This document shows positions 24,741 to 32,846 of a DNA stretch of 43,971 nt, piece by piece; position 1 is the stretch's first letter, and each line of letters begins with the position of its first letter. A program made the position numbers and the translations under genes. Under the pieces are notes generated by a model. That model saw only the letters and a program-made list of their open reading frames with translations, made no database searches and had not been told where the DNA came from. This DNA comes from a virus: positions 1-43,971 of the IMG/VR virus record IMGVR_UViG_3300045988_020849. One strand, given 5' to 3'.

Positions 24741-25028
24741 ATGTTAAACGTAAAAGATCTTCCGGAATACACGAATAAAATTAACGCGGCGATTGATGAC
24801 GCAATGGCAAATAATGGGACACAGGATTCCCCGGCGGTGGATGAACTGATCTCTTACTATACAGGCCCGGGAACAGGACTCTACTGGAACACTGGTGAAA
24901 GAAAACTCTGCATCGCAAAAGGATGGTGTGAAGATGAAGAGGGCAACATCGTAGACCCGACCGCATGTACCGGTCCGGCAACAGGGCTGGAATACCGTGA
25001 CGGAAAAGTGAGAAAAGTCAAAAAATAG
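24741..25028 (+). CDS. Hypothetical protein (95 aa)
   Basis: Track ORF with an AAAGGAG RBS. Confidence 0.55.
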   Translation: MLNVKDLPEYTNKINAAIDDAMANNGTQDSPAVDELISYYTGPGTGLYWNTGERKLCIAKGWCEDEEGNIVDPTACTGPATGLEYRDGKVRKVKK

Positions 25029-25038
25029 GAGGGATATC

Positions 25039-25350
25039 ATGAAAAAGTTATTTATTTCTCAGCCTATGAGAGGCAAGACAGACGAGGAGATCCTCGCAAC
25101 ACGTGAGAAAGCTATTGTAAAGGCGAAAGAGTTAGTCGGGGAGCCGGTAGAAGTGCTTGAGACATTCTTCCAGGGCGCTCCGGCTGGTGCAAAGCCGCTT
25201 TGGTATATCGGCGAATCCATCAAGTATCTGGGAGAGGCTGACGTTGCCTTTTTCGCCAAAGGCTGGGAAGACGCACGCGGATGCCGTATCGAGCATGAGT
25301 GCGCGAAGGAATATAATGTCAATCGCATCGAAGAGACAGAGGAGGACTAA
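25039..25350 (+). CDS. DUF4406 / nucleoside 2-deoxyribosyltransferase-like protein
   Basis: MKKLFISQPMRGKTDEEI...LGEADVAFFAKGWEDARGCRIEHECA follows the DUF4406 pattern (ISGPM.G...; W..S.G...E...A). Confidence 0.5.
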   Translation: MKKLFISQPMRGKTDEEILATREKAIVKAKELVGEPVEVLETFFQGAPAGAKPLWYIGESIKYLGEADVAFFAKGWEDARGCRIEHECAKEYNVNRIEETEED

Positions 25351-25351
25351 C

Positions 25352-25678
25352 ATGGAGACCCTATTTGCGAACATGACTATGATCTTGGCAGTGATCGGGA
25401 TTCTGGCGTTCTGCGTGTCAGTGATCACCCAGGTATTTAAAGGCGTAGGAGTTCTCTCCACGATCCCCACAGATGCCCTTGTATTCGTTCTTTCCATCGG
25501 AATCACCGTGGCTGCATTCGTGGCATACATGCAGTATATCCACATGGAAATCCTGTGGTATATGATTTTGGCGGCGATCATGGCAGGCTTTATCGTGGCG
25601 TTTGTAGCTATGTATGGTTGGGAGAAGTTGACAGAGCTGTGGAAGAGGATGAGCAAAACTGACCAGCTCAAAAAATGA
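25352..25678 (+). CDS. Three-TM holin-like membrane protein
   Basis: ATG 25352 follows GAGGAGG. Three hydrophobic helices plus a charged C-terminus (EKLTELWKRMSKTDQLKK). Confidence 0.45.
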   Translation: METLFANMTMILAVIGILAFCVSVITQVFKGVGVLSTIPTDALVFVLSIGITVAAFVAYMQYIHMEILWYMILAAIMAGFIVAFVAMYGWEKLTELWKRMSKTDQLKK

Positions 25679-25679
25679 T

Positions 25680-26321
25680 ATGGCAGACAAAACAAACAGC
25701 ATGGCTTATGAGAACTTAAATCGCCGCATCTTCGATGGCGTTGGAGAATACGGAATACCGCAGATATGCCCAGAGATATTCGAAGGTGAATGCGAATTTG
25801 TAGGATTCAACTACGTCAGAGGGAAATGCACGAAGCCAGAGGAAAAAGCAGTTCACTTTTTCCTTGATGACTATCAGTTCAATGCGCTTTGGGTAAACGT
25901 GGATCGCTACGCGGAAAAGTTGAGCCGATTCCGATATATCCTCACACCAGATTTCAGCACTTACACCGATTTTCCAAAAGCGATACAGATCTACAACCAC
26001 TATCGCAAGCACTGGATCGGTGCTTACTTGCAGGAGTATGGGTGCCATGTAATCCCGACAATATCGTGGAGTACACCAGATAGCTACGAGTGGTGCTTTG
26101 ACGGCGAGCCAGAGGGCGGCACAGTGGCGGTATCTTCCGTTGGCTGCATGAACAGTATAGGCAAAAAACGCCTATTCTTATCCGGCTATAATGCGATGAT
26201 GGAACGTCTGCACCCGGAAAGCATTATCTTTTACGGCAGTGTGCCGGAGGAATGCACTGGGAGCATTGTGAGAATTAAAGCGTTTCATGACAAATTCAAT
26301 CATGCGTTATGTGAGGTGTGA
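25680..26321 (+). CDS. DUF4417 domain protein
   Basis: VHFFLDDYQFNALWVNVDRY...ILTPDFSTYTDFPKAIQIYNHYRKHWIGAYLQEYGCHVIPTISW matches the DUF4417 signature as I recall it. Confidence 0.6.
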   Translation: MADKTNSMAYENLNRRIFDGVGEYGIPQICPEIFEGECEFVGFNYVRGKCTKPEEKAVHFFLDDYQFNALWVNVDRYAEKLSRFRYILTPDFSTYTDFPKAIQIYNHYRKHWIGAYLQEYGCHVIPTISWSTPDSYEWCFDGEPEGGTVAVSSVGCMNSIGKKRLFLSGYNAMMERLHPESIIFYGSVPEECTGSIVRIKAFHDKFNHALCEV

Positions 26322-26323
26322 GC

Positions 26324-26797
26324 ATGTACGATAAAATCGTGACAGTTTTCAACTATTATGAAAGTCCCACATCCGGCGATGCTATGTGGTATCCGCACAT
26401 CCTCCGCAATGTGGATTTGAACACGGACCGCGGGGCGATCATCAAGAAGTACGGAGCCGACAGCACGGATAATGCGATCCTTCATATTGCCTATTATCAG
26501 CATGCCAGGGCCCCAGAGGTTGATAGAATAATGATCTCGACAGAGGACGGAATGCTCCCGTGGAGATCTCCGAAAGAATGGAGACAGCAGACGAATGATA
26601 GATTGTCGAAAAGCATTACATTTGGACCGGATGATTTCTTTTGGGAGGGCGAGTGGACAGGTGGAGTGGTGAGCGATGGTGACTATCGAAATGGATTCTA
26701 TCAGCATATGAATAGTGCACATGATTTTGTGTTTAAAATCACAAGCACCGGCGGTCCGTATACTGTGATTCCCCATTTTGAGATTCTTGGGAAGTAG
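26324..26797 (+). CDS. Head-tail joining / head closure protein (tentative)
   Basis: ATG 26324 follows GAGGTG. Call rests on position in the connector module and C-terminal ...VFKITSTGGPYTVIPHFEILGK. Confidence 0.4.
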   Translation: MYDKIVTVFNYYESPTSGDAMWYPHILRNVDLNTDRGAIIKKYGADSTDNAILHIAYYQHARAPEVDRIMISTEDGMLPWRSPKEWRQQTNDRLSKSITFGPDDFFWEGEWTGGVVSDGDYRNGFYQHMNSAHDFVFKITSTGGPYTVIPHFEILGK

Positions 26798-26805
26798 GTG
26801 TTTTT

Positions 26806-27072
26806 ATGGGAGGACGTGGCGGAAGCAGCAATCTAAGCTATCAAGGGAACAATGGAGGGTCTGGCAGAGCATCAACCAACGGTGTGAATGTATCCGAAAT
26901 GCGAGACAAACTCAATAGCCTTTCCCCAAATGTGGTGAATAGCAAGCTTGCCACGGAAACTATAACACAGATCAATTCCTTAAAAGACAGGAACTCAGAT
27001 GTGAAGATTTACCGGGCAACTATTGGAGATAGCATAAACAAAAATGACTGGGTGTTTCTTTCAAGAGCGTAG
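26806..27072 (+). CDS. Hypothetical protein ending at an in-frame TAG; the reading frame stays open for 46 more codons to TAA 27211-27213
   Basis: MGGRGGSSNLSYQG... The TAG at 27070-27072 is followed in the same frame by AERWTKTPLGRPKPGVKVIESTVKAKDVDWTGKNLEFVYTGKRRRK, which ends in a TAATG overlap with the next gene. Confidence 0.55.
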   Translation: MGGRGGSSNLSYQGNNGGSGRASTNGVNVSEMRDKLNSLSPNVVNSKLATETITQINSLKDRNSDVKIYRATIGDSINKNDWVFLSRA

Positions 27073-27212
27073 GCGGAGCGATGGACAAAAACACCGCTTG
27101 GAAGACCGAAGCCAGGAGTAAAAGTCATTGAATCTACAGTAAAGGCTAAAGATGTTGACTGGACAGGGAAAAATTTGGAATTTGTTTATACCGGAAAAAG
27201 GAGGCGCAAATA

Positions 27213-27704
27213 ATGGCAAGTAAAACACACCACTTCAAAGGGTTCTCTGTCGTTGATGGAGATGTGAAAGTCAAGATTGATATGAGTCGTTTTGAAGAGC
27301 AGTATCGGAAAGCCCAGTATCAGCTTGACGGCGCTGTCATGAATAGTATGGTGCCGTTTATGCCAATGGAGAACGGAACCTTCGTAAACGTCACCAGAGC
27401 GGCGAGTGCGGCGTTGCAGGGATCCGGGAGAGTGTTTGCCGCTTATGCTCCGCAAGGACGTTTCCTCTATGAAGGCAAGGGCATGGTGGACGAGAAAACC
27501 GGATCACCGTGGGCACGTAAAGGCGCAAAAAAGGTGCTTGTCAGCCAGTATTCTGGCAAGACTCGTGCAAAGGAAGCACTCACATATACCAAGACAAAAC
27601 ATCCGGCGGCGCAGGCTCATTGGTTTGACGCTGCGAAAGAAAAGGATGGAGAAACGTGGATTCGTGAAGTAAAGAAAACGGCGGGAGGTGGACAGCGTGG
27701 CTAA
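27213..27704 (+). CDS. Minor capsid / head-tail joining protein (HK97 gp10-like, tentative)
   Basis: 163 aa, with VPFMPMENGTF and APQGRFLYEG reminiscent of minor-capsid families. Call also rests on position. Confidence 0.45.
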   Translation: MASKTHHFKGFSVVDGDVKVKIDMSRFEEQYRKAQYQLDGAVMNSMVPFMPMENGTFVNVTRAASAALQGSGRVFAAYAPQGRFLYEGKGMVDEKTGSPWARKGAKKVLVSQYSGKTRAKEALTYTKTKHPAAQAHWFDAAKEKDGETWIREVKKTAGGGQRG

Positions 27705-28197
27705 TGCTCAGCCGATCGGAAAGGATGCGGCAGGATATGAGATTCTCACAGCCGCCATGAAAGCACTTTTGAATCAGTACCCCGGTTTGGATCCTGGGGA
27801 AGTGATCCGATTTGAGGAACTCGGAGAGGACAGTGGAATCGCGTTCTCAGCAGACAATGGCGCACTCGTGTACAGTGAGAAAGAGGATATCTGCGGCGGA
27901 GTCCATCAGATCTGCCAGTTCCCTTTTTATGTCGTGTATCGCACTGCATCACAGAAAGAACGGTATAAGCTGAATATACAGGCTTTCCTTGACAATCTTG
28001 GAAAATGGATATGCAGAGAGCCGACCACAATAAACGGCGCGGTGACGCGTCTGGAAGCATTTCCGGAGCTTGCATCCGGGCGAGTGATAAAACGTATCAC
28101 CCGTGACAATTCATACGGCACAGAGCCGCAGGAGAACGGTGTACAGGACTGGATTTTGCCGATATCTGTCAGGTACACGAATGATTTTGAACTGTAA
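27697..28197 (+). CDS. Tail-completion / minor capsid 3-like protein (tentative)
   Basis: GTG 27697 lies 8 nt after GGGAGG (track start 27688). It is directly upstream of the major tail gene. Confidence 0.45.
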   Translation: MANAQPIGKDAAGYEILTAAMKALLNQYPGLDPGEVIRFEELGEDSGIAFSADNGALVYSEKEDICGGVHQICQFPFYVVYRTASQKERYKLNIQAFLDNLGKWICREPTTINGAVTRLEAFPELASGRVIKRITRDNSYGTEPQENGVQDWILPISVRYTNDFEL

Positions 28198-28202
28198 ACC
28201 GA

Positions 28203-28271
28203 CAGCACATTTTGAGTGCTGCCGCTAACCTATACCGCCTAAAAAGTTATAGGCAGAAAGGGCATTTTTCT
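28203..28271 (+). promoter_or_regulatory. Conserved stem-loop leader, copy B (upstream of major tail gene)
   Basis: Hairpin 28203-28208/28216-28221 with loop attttga. A 23-nt exact match (28210-28232) to copy A. Second stem CCTATA/TATAGG. Confidence 0.7.
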
Positions 28272-28769
28272 ATGATTGAAAGAAAATATCTTGCGCATTA
28301 TTTAGATGCATCTTTTAACGGCACATCAGCAACTTACGTCCGCATCGGTAAGGATCTGGAGGAGTACAACGAGGAGTTGAATCCGGATGTGGAAGTCCAG
28401 AAAAACATTCTCGGTGAGCAGACCGTGAAACATTCCGGCTATGAGGTACAGGCTGACGCTGATCCGTTCTACTACGAGGACTATGACGATGCCCTCTCTA
28501 ATAAGCTCATGGATATCGCCAACACGAGAGCAACTGGCGACAAGTGCAAAACCACAATGGTTGACGTGCTTCTCAAGCCGGGAGAGACTGACGCAGCGGC
28601 TCCCACCGTTGTTTGGGCTTACCGTGAGGATGTCTATGTTATCCCCAACAGTGTTGGAGGCGATACCTCCGGCGTACAGATCCCATTCACGATTTACAAG
28701 GCCGGAAACCGCGTAAAAGGCACATGGGACGTTTCCAAGAAATCATTTACAGCATCCTTAAGCGAATAA
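28272..28769 (+). CDS. Major tail protein
   Basis: 165 aa, MIERKYLAHYLDASFNGTSATYVRIGKDLEEYNEELNP. It lies upstream of the chaperone pair and tape measure. Track ORF start 28212 is an extension. Confidence 0.7.
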   Translation: MIERKYLAHYLDASFNGTSATYVRIGKDLEEYNEELNPDVEVQKNILGEQTVKHSGYEVQADADPFYYEDYDDALSNKLMDIANTRATGDKCKTTMVDVLLKPGETDAAAPTVVWAYREDVYVIPNSVGGDTSGVQIPFTIYKAGNRVKGTWDVSKKSFTASLSE

Positions 28770-28791
28770 CTGAATAACGGAGGTATGAGGC

Positions 28792-29202
28792 ATGGCAAGA
28801 CAGATCACGATTGATGATCGCGAATATATCGAGATCGTTGACAAGAACGGAACCAAGACCGGCGGGTTCATGTGGAATCCTTCAGACTTCGACATCATCA
28901 AACGCGCGGAGGCTGTACAGAAGAAGCTCGGAGATCTGGATGTCCCGGCGTCTGATGATCCGGAAGCACTGGGCAAGATGACAGCTCCGGTAAAAGAACT
29001 CTTCGATGAGCTTCTGAACTCCAAAGGGGCGTCTGAGGAACTTTTTAAGTATTCAAATCCGTGGAGTCCGTGCGCAGACGGTCGTTTCTTCTGTGAGTAC
29101 GTTCTCGATCAGCTGATCCATTTCATCGAGAATGAAATGAATGTCCGCATCAAAAAGAGTATTTCCCGTGTCAGAAATTATGTCGGGAAATACAGAAAAT
29201 GA
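28792..29202 (+). CDS. Tail assembly chaperone
   Basis: 136 aa, acidic, between the major tail protein and tape measure. Confidence 0.6.
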   Translation: MARQITIDDREYIEIVDKNGTKTGGFMWNPSDFDIIKRAEAVQKKLGDLDVPASDDPEALGKMTAPVKELFDELLNSKGASEELFKYSNPWSPCADGRFFCEYVLDQLIHFIENEMNVRIKKSISRVRNYVGKYRK

Positions 29203-29753
29203 ACGGGTATACACTACCCACTTCTGTAGAAATCAATGGGACGGAATATGCAATCAATGCAGACTTCCGTTCCATTATTGGAATTTTGGAGGCTTGCGAG
29301 GATCCGAATTGGACGGATGGTGAGAAGCAGGAAATCATGCTTGAAATCCTGTATAAGGACTTCGACAAGATCCCAAGAGAGTCGCGAGAGGAAGCCTGCA
29401 AGAAAGCTGTGGAATTCATCGATTGCGGCACGGAAGGGAAGAAGAACAGCCCCAGACTGATCAACTGGAATCAGGACGGCAGGATCATCGTTCCAGCCGT
29501 GAACAAAGTAGCCGGGACCGAAGTTCGCGCCGCATCATTTTTACATTGGTGGACGTTCCTCAGCTACTTCATGGAGATCGGTGACGGGCTGTTTTCTCAA
29601 GTGTTGGCGATCCGGCAGAAGAAAGCCAAACACAAAAAGTTGGAGAAGTGGGAACGGGAATTTGAGCGAGAGAATGCTGAAATTGTAGGCATCAAAAAGA
29701 TTTTGACTGATGAACAGAAAAAAGAGATGGAAGCACTGGAAAAATGGCTGTAA
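29199..29753 (+). CDS. Phage Gp15-family tail assembly protein
   Basis: INGTEYAINADFRSIIGILEACEDPNWTDGEKQEIMLEILY matches the Gp15 family pattern. ATGA overlap with the upstream gene. Confidence 0.6.
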   Translation: MNGYTLPTSVEINGTEYAINADFRSIIGILEACEDPNWTDGEKQEIMLEILYKDFDKIPRESREEACKKAVEFIDCGTEGKKNSPRLINWNQDGRIIVPAVNKVAGTEVRAASFLHWWTFLSYFMEIGDGLFSQVLAIRQKKAKHKKLEKWEREFERENAEIVGIKKILTDEQKKEMEALEKWL

Positions 29754-29765
29754 GGGGATGATTTA

Positions 29766-32450
29766 ATGGGACAGGCTGACGGAACCATAGTAATTGATAC
29801 AACAATCACAGATGAGGGATTTGTAGCCGGAACGAAGGAAATGGAAACCGCCGCACGCCGCATGGCGGAGTCTGTCTCTGGAATCGGAGACAAAGCGAAA
29901 ACGGCGTTGCAGAAGCAGGCAAACGCATTCGCCAAGCTCAACAGCCAGTATGCAGAACAGACGCGGAAGGTGGAAACTCTTAAGGAAAAGGTGGATGCCC
30001 TTAGAGAAGAAAAAATTCCTACACAGGAGTACACCGACCTCAACAAAGAAATTGATTCCGTAAACAAAAAGCTTGATGCAGCGATCGAACGTGAAATCAG
30101 ATTCGTTGAGACCGGAGGAAAGCAGAATAGTAGGACCTTTAAAGGAATGGAATATGATATCGACATGCTGCGCGAGAAACTCGAAGAAGCGCAGAAGGCA
30201 AAAACAGCGTTGGAATCCTCTGGCGGATCATATATGTCTGGAGCTGATACAGAGTCAGGACAGAAAGTTGTAGCGCAGTACGCCGCAGCGCAGGCAGCAC
30301 TTGAGGATACCAACAATCGAGTGCGCACATCGTTTGATTCCCTGAAGGCAAGTGTAAAAGATTACGAAGATAAAGCAAAAAAAGCAACAAAATCCAGCGG
30401 AGGCTTGCAAAAAGGAATCGACAAAGCTGGCATGAGCTTCAAGAAAATGTTGAGCTATGCATTCGGTATCCGGTCCCTGTTTGCCCTCTTCAATCGCCTC
30501 CGGAGTGCTGTGGGAGAAGGAATGAAAAACCTTGTCCAGTATTCGGGGGACACAAACAACACAGTATCCGGGCTGATGTCCTCACTGACGCAGCTTAAAA
30601 ACGCACTTGCCACAGCGTTCGCCCCGATCCTTACGATGATCGCTCCGGCACTGAATACACTCATCAGCCTTTTGACCACGGCTGCCAATGCAGTAGCACA
30701 ATTTTTCTCGGCACTGACCGGCAAGAACACATTCGTGAAAGCCACAAAGGTGCAGGAGAATTATGCGTCCTCGTTGAAAAAAACAGGATCAGCAGCGAAG
30801 CAGGCAGAAAAAAGCCTTGCATCGTTCGATACGATCGAACAAATTGGATCGAAAAGCAAGGATTCCGGATCCGGCGGTGGAGGCAGTAGCACGTCCCCAC
30901 AAGACATGTTTACGACTGAACAGATCAGCTCCTCCATCAAAAACATGGCGGACACTATCAAAAAGCTGATCGCCGCAGAGGACTGGAAGGGAGTCGGAAA
31001 CTACATCGGTGCGCAGATCGGAACCGGCGTAAACTTTGCGATGGGAAAATTGGATCAGTTTCTTTCCACAACGAACTGGAAAGGAATCGGAACGGCGATC
31101 ACTGCCGGACTTACAGGATTCTTCTCCACGTTTAGCTGGAGCACACTCGGAAGTGTAGTTTCTCATTTCGTTTCCGGACTTGTGCAGCTCATCACAGGAC
31201 TGTTCCAAGGCGTTGACTGGCGCGCAATTCCTATGGGGCTCATCAATGCAATCGGGGGATTTCTTAAGGGATTCGACTATGCAAGCGTCTTTAGTTCGGT
31301 CGGAGAGCTGATCGGAACAGCGATTGCATCCGGAATAGATCTCCTGAAGGGACTCGGGGATGTACTCGCGAATGCGTGGGACAGTGTAGTTTCGTATTTC
31401 TCCGGATACATTGAAGCGGCCGGCGGAGATATCGTGCAGGGACTCTGGAACGGAATCATAAACGCACTCCGAAATGTCGGATCATGGATTGTGAACAACA
31501 TCTTCAAACCGTTTATCAATGGCTTCAAGTCTGCATTCGGAATTCACAGCCCGTCCACCGTCATGATGGAAATGGGGCAGTACCTCATGGAGGGACTCCG
31601 AAATGGAATCAGCAATTTCATTTCTTCCGTTATTGCGAAATTCGCGGAGATCAAGGATAAGATCATCGCTAAGTGGGACGAGACTAAGCAGAAGACACAG
31701 GAGAAATGGAGCAGCATTAAGAGCGGACTTGAAAGCACATGGACAGCGGTAAAAACATCCGCCAGTGAGAAGTTTCAGGCGATCAAGGAAACTGTATCAA
31801 CGCGCTGGAGCGAGACGAAAACCAGCACTGAGAGCGCATGGGGATCTATCAACAGCACACTTGGAACAAAGTGGGAGGAGATTCGGAGCAACGCAACGGC
31901 GAAATTCGCGGCGATCAAGGACAGTGTTGTAGCCGCATGGAACACGTTAAAATCGGAGACCAGCACAATATGGAATGGCATCTGGGGCGCGATGAAATCC
32001 GTCATCAACACAATCCTCGGCGGTGTGGAGTCGATGGTGAACGGTGTCATCAATGCGCTGAATAGGATGATCAGCGCACTTAACAATCTGAGCTTTGATA
32101 TTCCTGACTGGGTGCCGGGAATCGGCGGAGAATCCTTCGGACTGGACATTCCGACCGTAAGCAAGGTACATTTGCCGCGTCTGGCATCAGGTACCGTGGT
32201 TCCTCCTCGCGCCGGTGAGTTCGCGGCGATTCTGGGCGATAACAAACAGGAAACTGAGGTCGTTTCTCCGCTCAGTACAATGAAACAGGCACTTATGGAA
32301 GCACTCGCAGAGAGCGGAGTAGGCGGAAACCAGCAAGTCGTGATTCGCTTCGAGGGCAACCTTGCACAGCTTGGACGAGTACTGAAACCCGTAATTGATG
32401 CAGAAAACAACCGCGGAAGCGTGAGACTTGTAACAGGGGGAAACCGATGA
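29766..32450 (+). CDS. Tape measure protein
   Basis: 894 aa, coiled-coil N-terminus, Gly/Ala/Ser-rich hydrophobic central region. It is the longest gene in the tail module. Confidence 0.85.
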   Translation: MGQADGTIVIDTTITDEGFVAGTKEMETAARRMAESVSGIGDKAKTALQKQANAFAKLNSQYAEQTRKVETLKEKVDALREEKIPTQEYTDLNKEIDSVNKKLDAAIEREIRFVETGGKQNSRTFKGMEYDIDMLREKLEEAQKAKTALESSGGSYMSGADTESGQKVVAQYAAAQAALEDTNNRVRTSFDSLKASVKDYEDKAKKATKSSGGLQKGIDKAGMSFKKMLSYAFGIRSLFALFNRLRSAVGEGMKNLVQYSGDTNNTVSGLMSSLTQLKNALATAFAPILTMIAPALNTLISLLTTAANAVAQFFSALTGKNTFVKATKVQENYASSLKKTGSAAKQAEKSLASFDTIEQIGSKSKDSGSGGGGSSTSPQDMFTTEQISSSIKNMADTIKKLIAAEDWKGVGNYIGAQIGTGVNFAMGKLDQFLSTTNWKGIGTAITAGLTGFFSTFSWSTLGSVVSHFVSGLVQLITGLFQGVDWRAIPMGLINAIGGFLKGFDYASVFSSVGELIGTAIASGIDLLKGLGDVLANAWDSVVSYFSGYIEAAGGDIVQGLWNGIINALRNVGSWIVNNIFKPFINGFKSAFGIHSPSTVMMEMGQYLMEGLRNGISNFISSVIAKFAEIKDKIIAKWDETKQKTQEKWSSIKSGLESTWTAVKTSASEKFQAIKETVSTRWSETKTSTESAWGSINSTLGTKWEEIRSNATAKFAAIKDSVVAAWNTLKSETSTIWNGIWGAMKSVINTILGGVESMVNGVINALNRMISALNNLSFDIPDWVPGIGGESFGLDIPTVSKVHLPRLASGTVVPPRAGEFAAILGDNKQETEVVSPLSTMKQALMEALAESGVGGNQQVVIRFEGNLAQLGRVLKPVIDAENNRGSVRLVTGGNR

Positions 32451-32845
32451 ACCATTTTGCAGTATTTACCGTGGATGGAGTGGAATATGATGTCAATGTC
32501 ATAAAGCTCTCAAGAAATGCAAAAGTGACGGATACGGACAACTCCGGGCGCACACTTGATGGCGTAATGCATCGGGACATCATCGGAACATACTACAATT
32601 ACACGCTTGAAGTAGCCGCAAAAAAAGGAAAGCATCAGGATTACGACAGACTGTATGATGTGGTAAGTGCTCCGGTAGATAGCCATGATCTGGTGTTCCC
32701 GTACGGACAGGAAACATTATCATTTAAGGCATACATCACAGAAGCAAACGACACCATGATCCGCAGAGAGGGCGTTAATTTGTGGGGCTATGATGATAAT
32801 CTTAAGCTCAACTTTGTAGCGATGGAACCGCAGAGAAGGAGATAA
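32447..32845 (+). CDS. Distal tail protein-like
   Basis: 132 aa directly after the tape measure, with an ATGA overlap. Confidence 0.45.
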   Translation: MNHFAVFTVDGVEYDVNVIKLSRNAKVTDTDNSGRTLDGVMHRDIIGTYYNYTLEVAAKKGKHQDYDRLYDVVSAPVDSHDLVFPYGQETLSFKAYITEANDTMIRREGVNLWGYDDNLKLNFVAMEPQRRR

Positions 32846-32846
32846 C

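Noticed and set aside
26806-27213. Genome-wide TAG stop-codon recoding (alternative genetic code) and a suppressor tRNA
   Set aside because: Several well-defined genes end at TAG followed by RBS, terminator or intergenic signals (4283-4285, 15884-15886, 20264-20266, 21775-21777). The only tRNA found has anticodon CAU, not CUA. The anomaly is kept only as a local readthrough or nonsense event.
29150-29210. Canonical -1 programmed frameshift joining the tail chaperone ORFs (28792..29202 and 29199..29753)
   Set aside because: The downstream ORF is in the -1 frame, but it has its own ATG in an ATGA overlap. The GGGAAAT string near the junction is not positioned as X_XXY_YYZ in the zero frame. 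I cannot support a slippery site from sequence alone.
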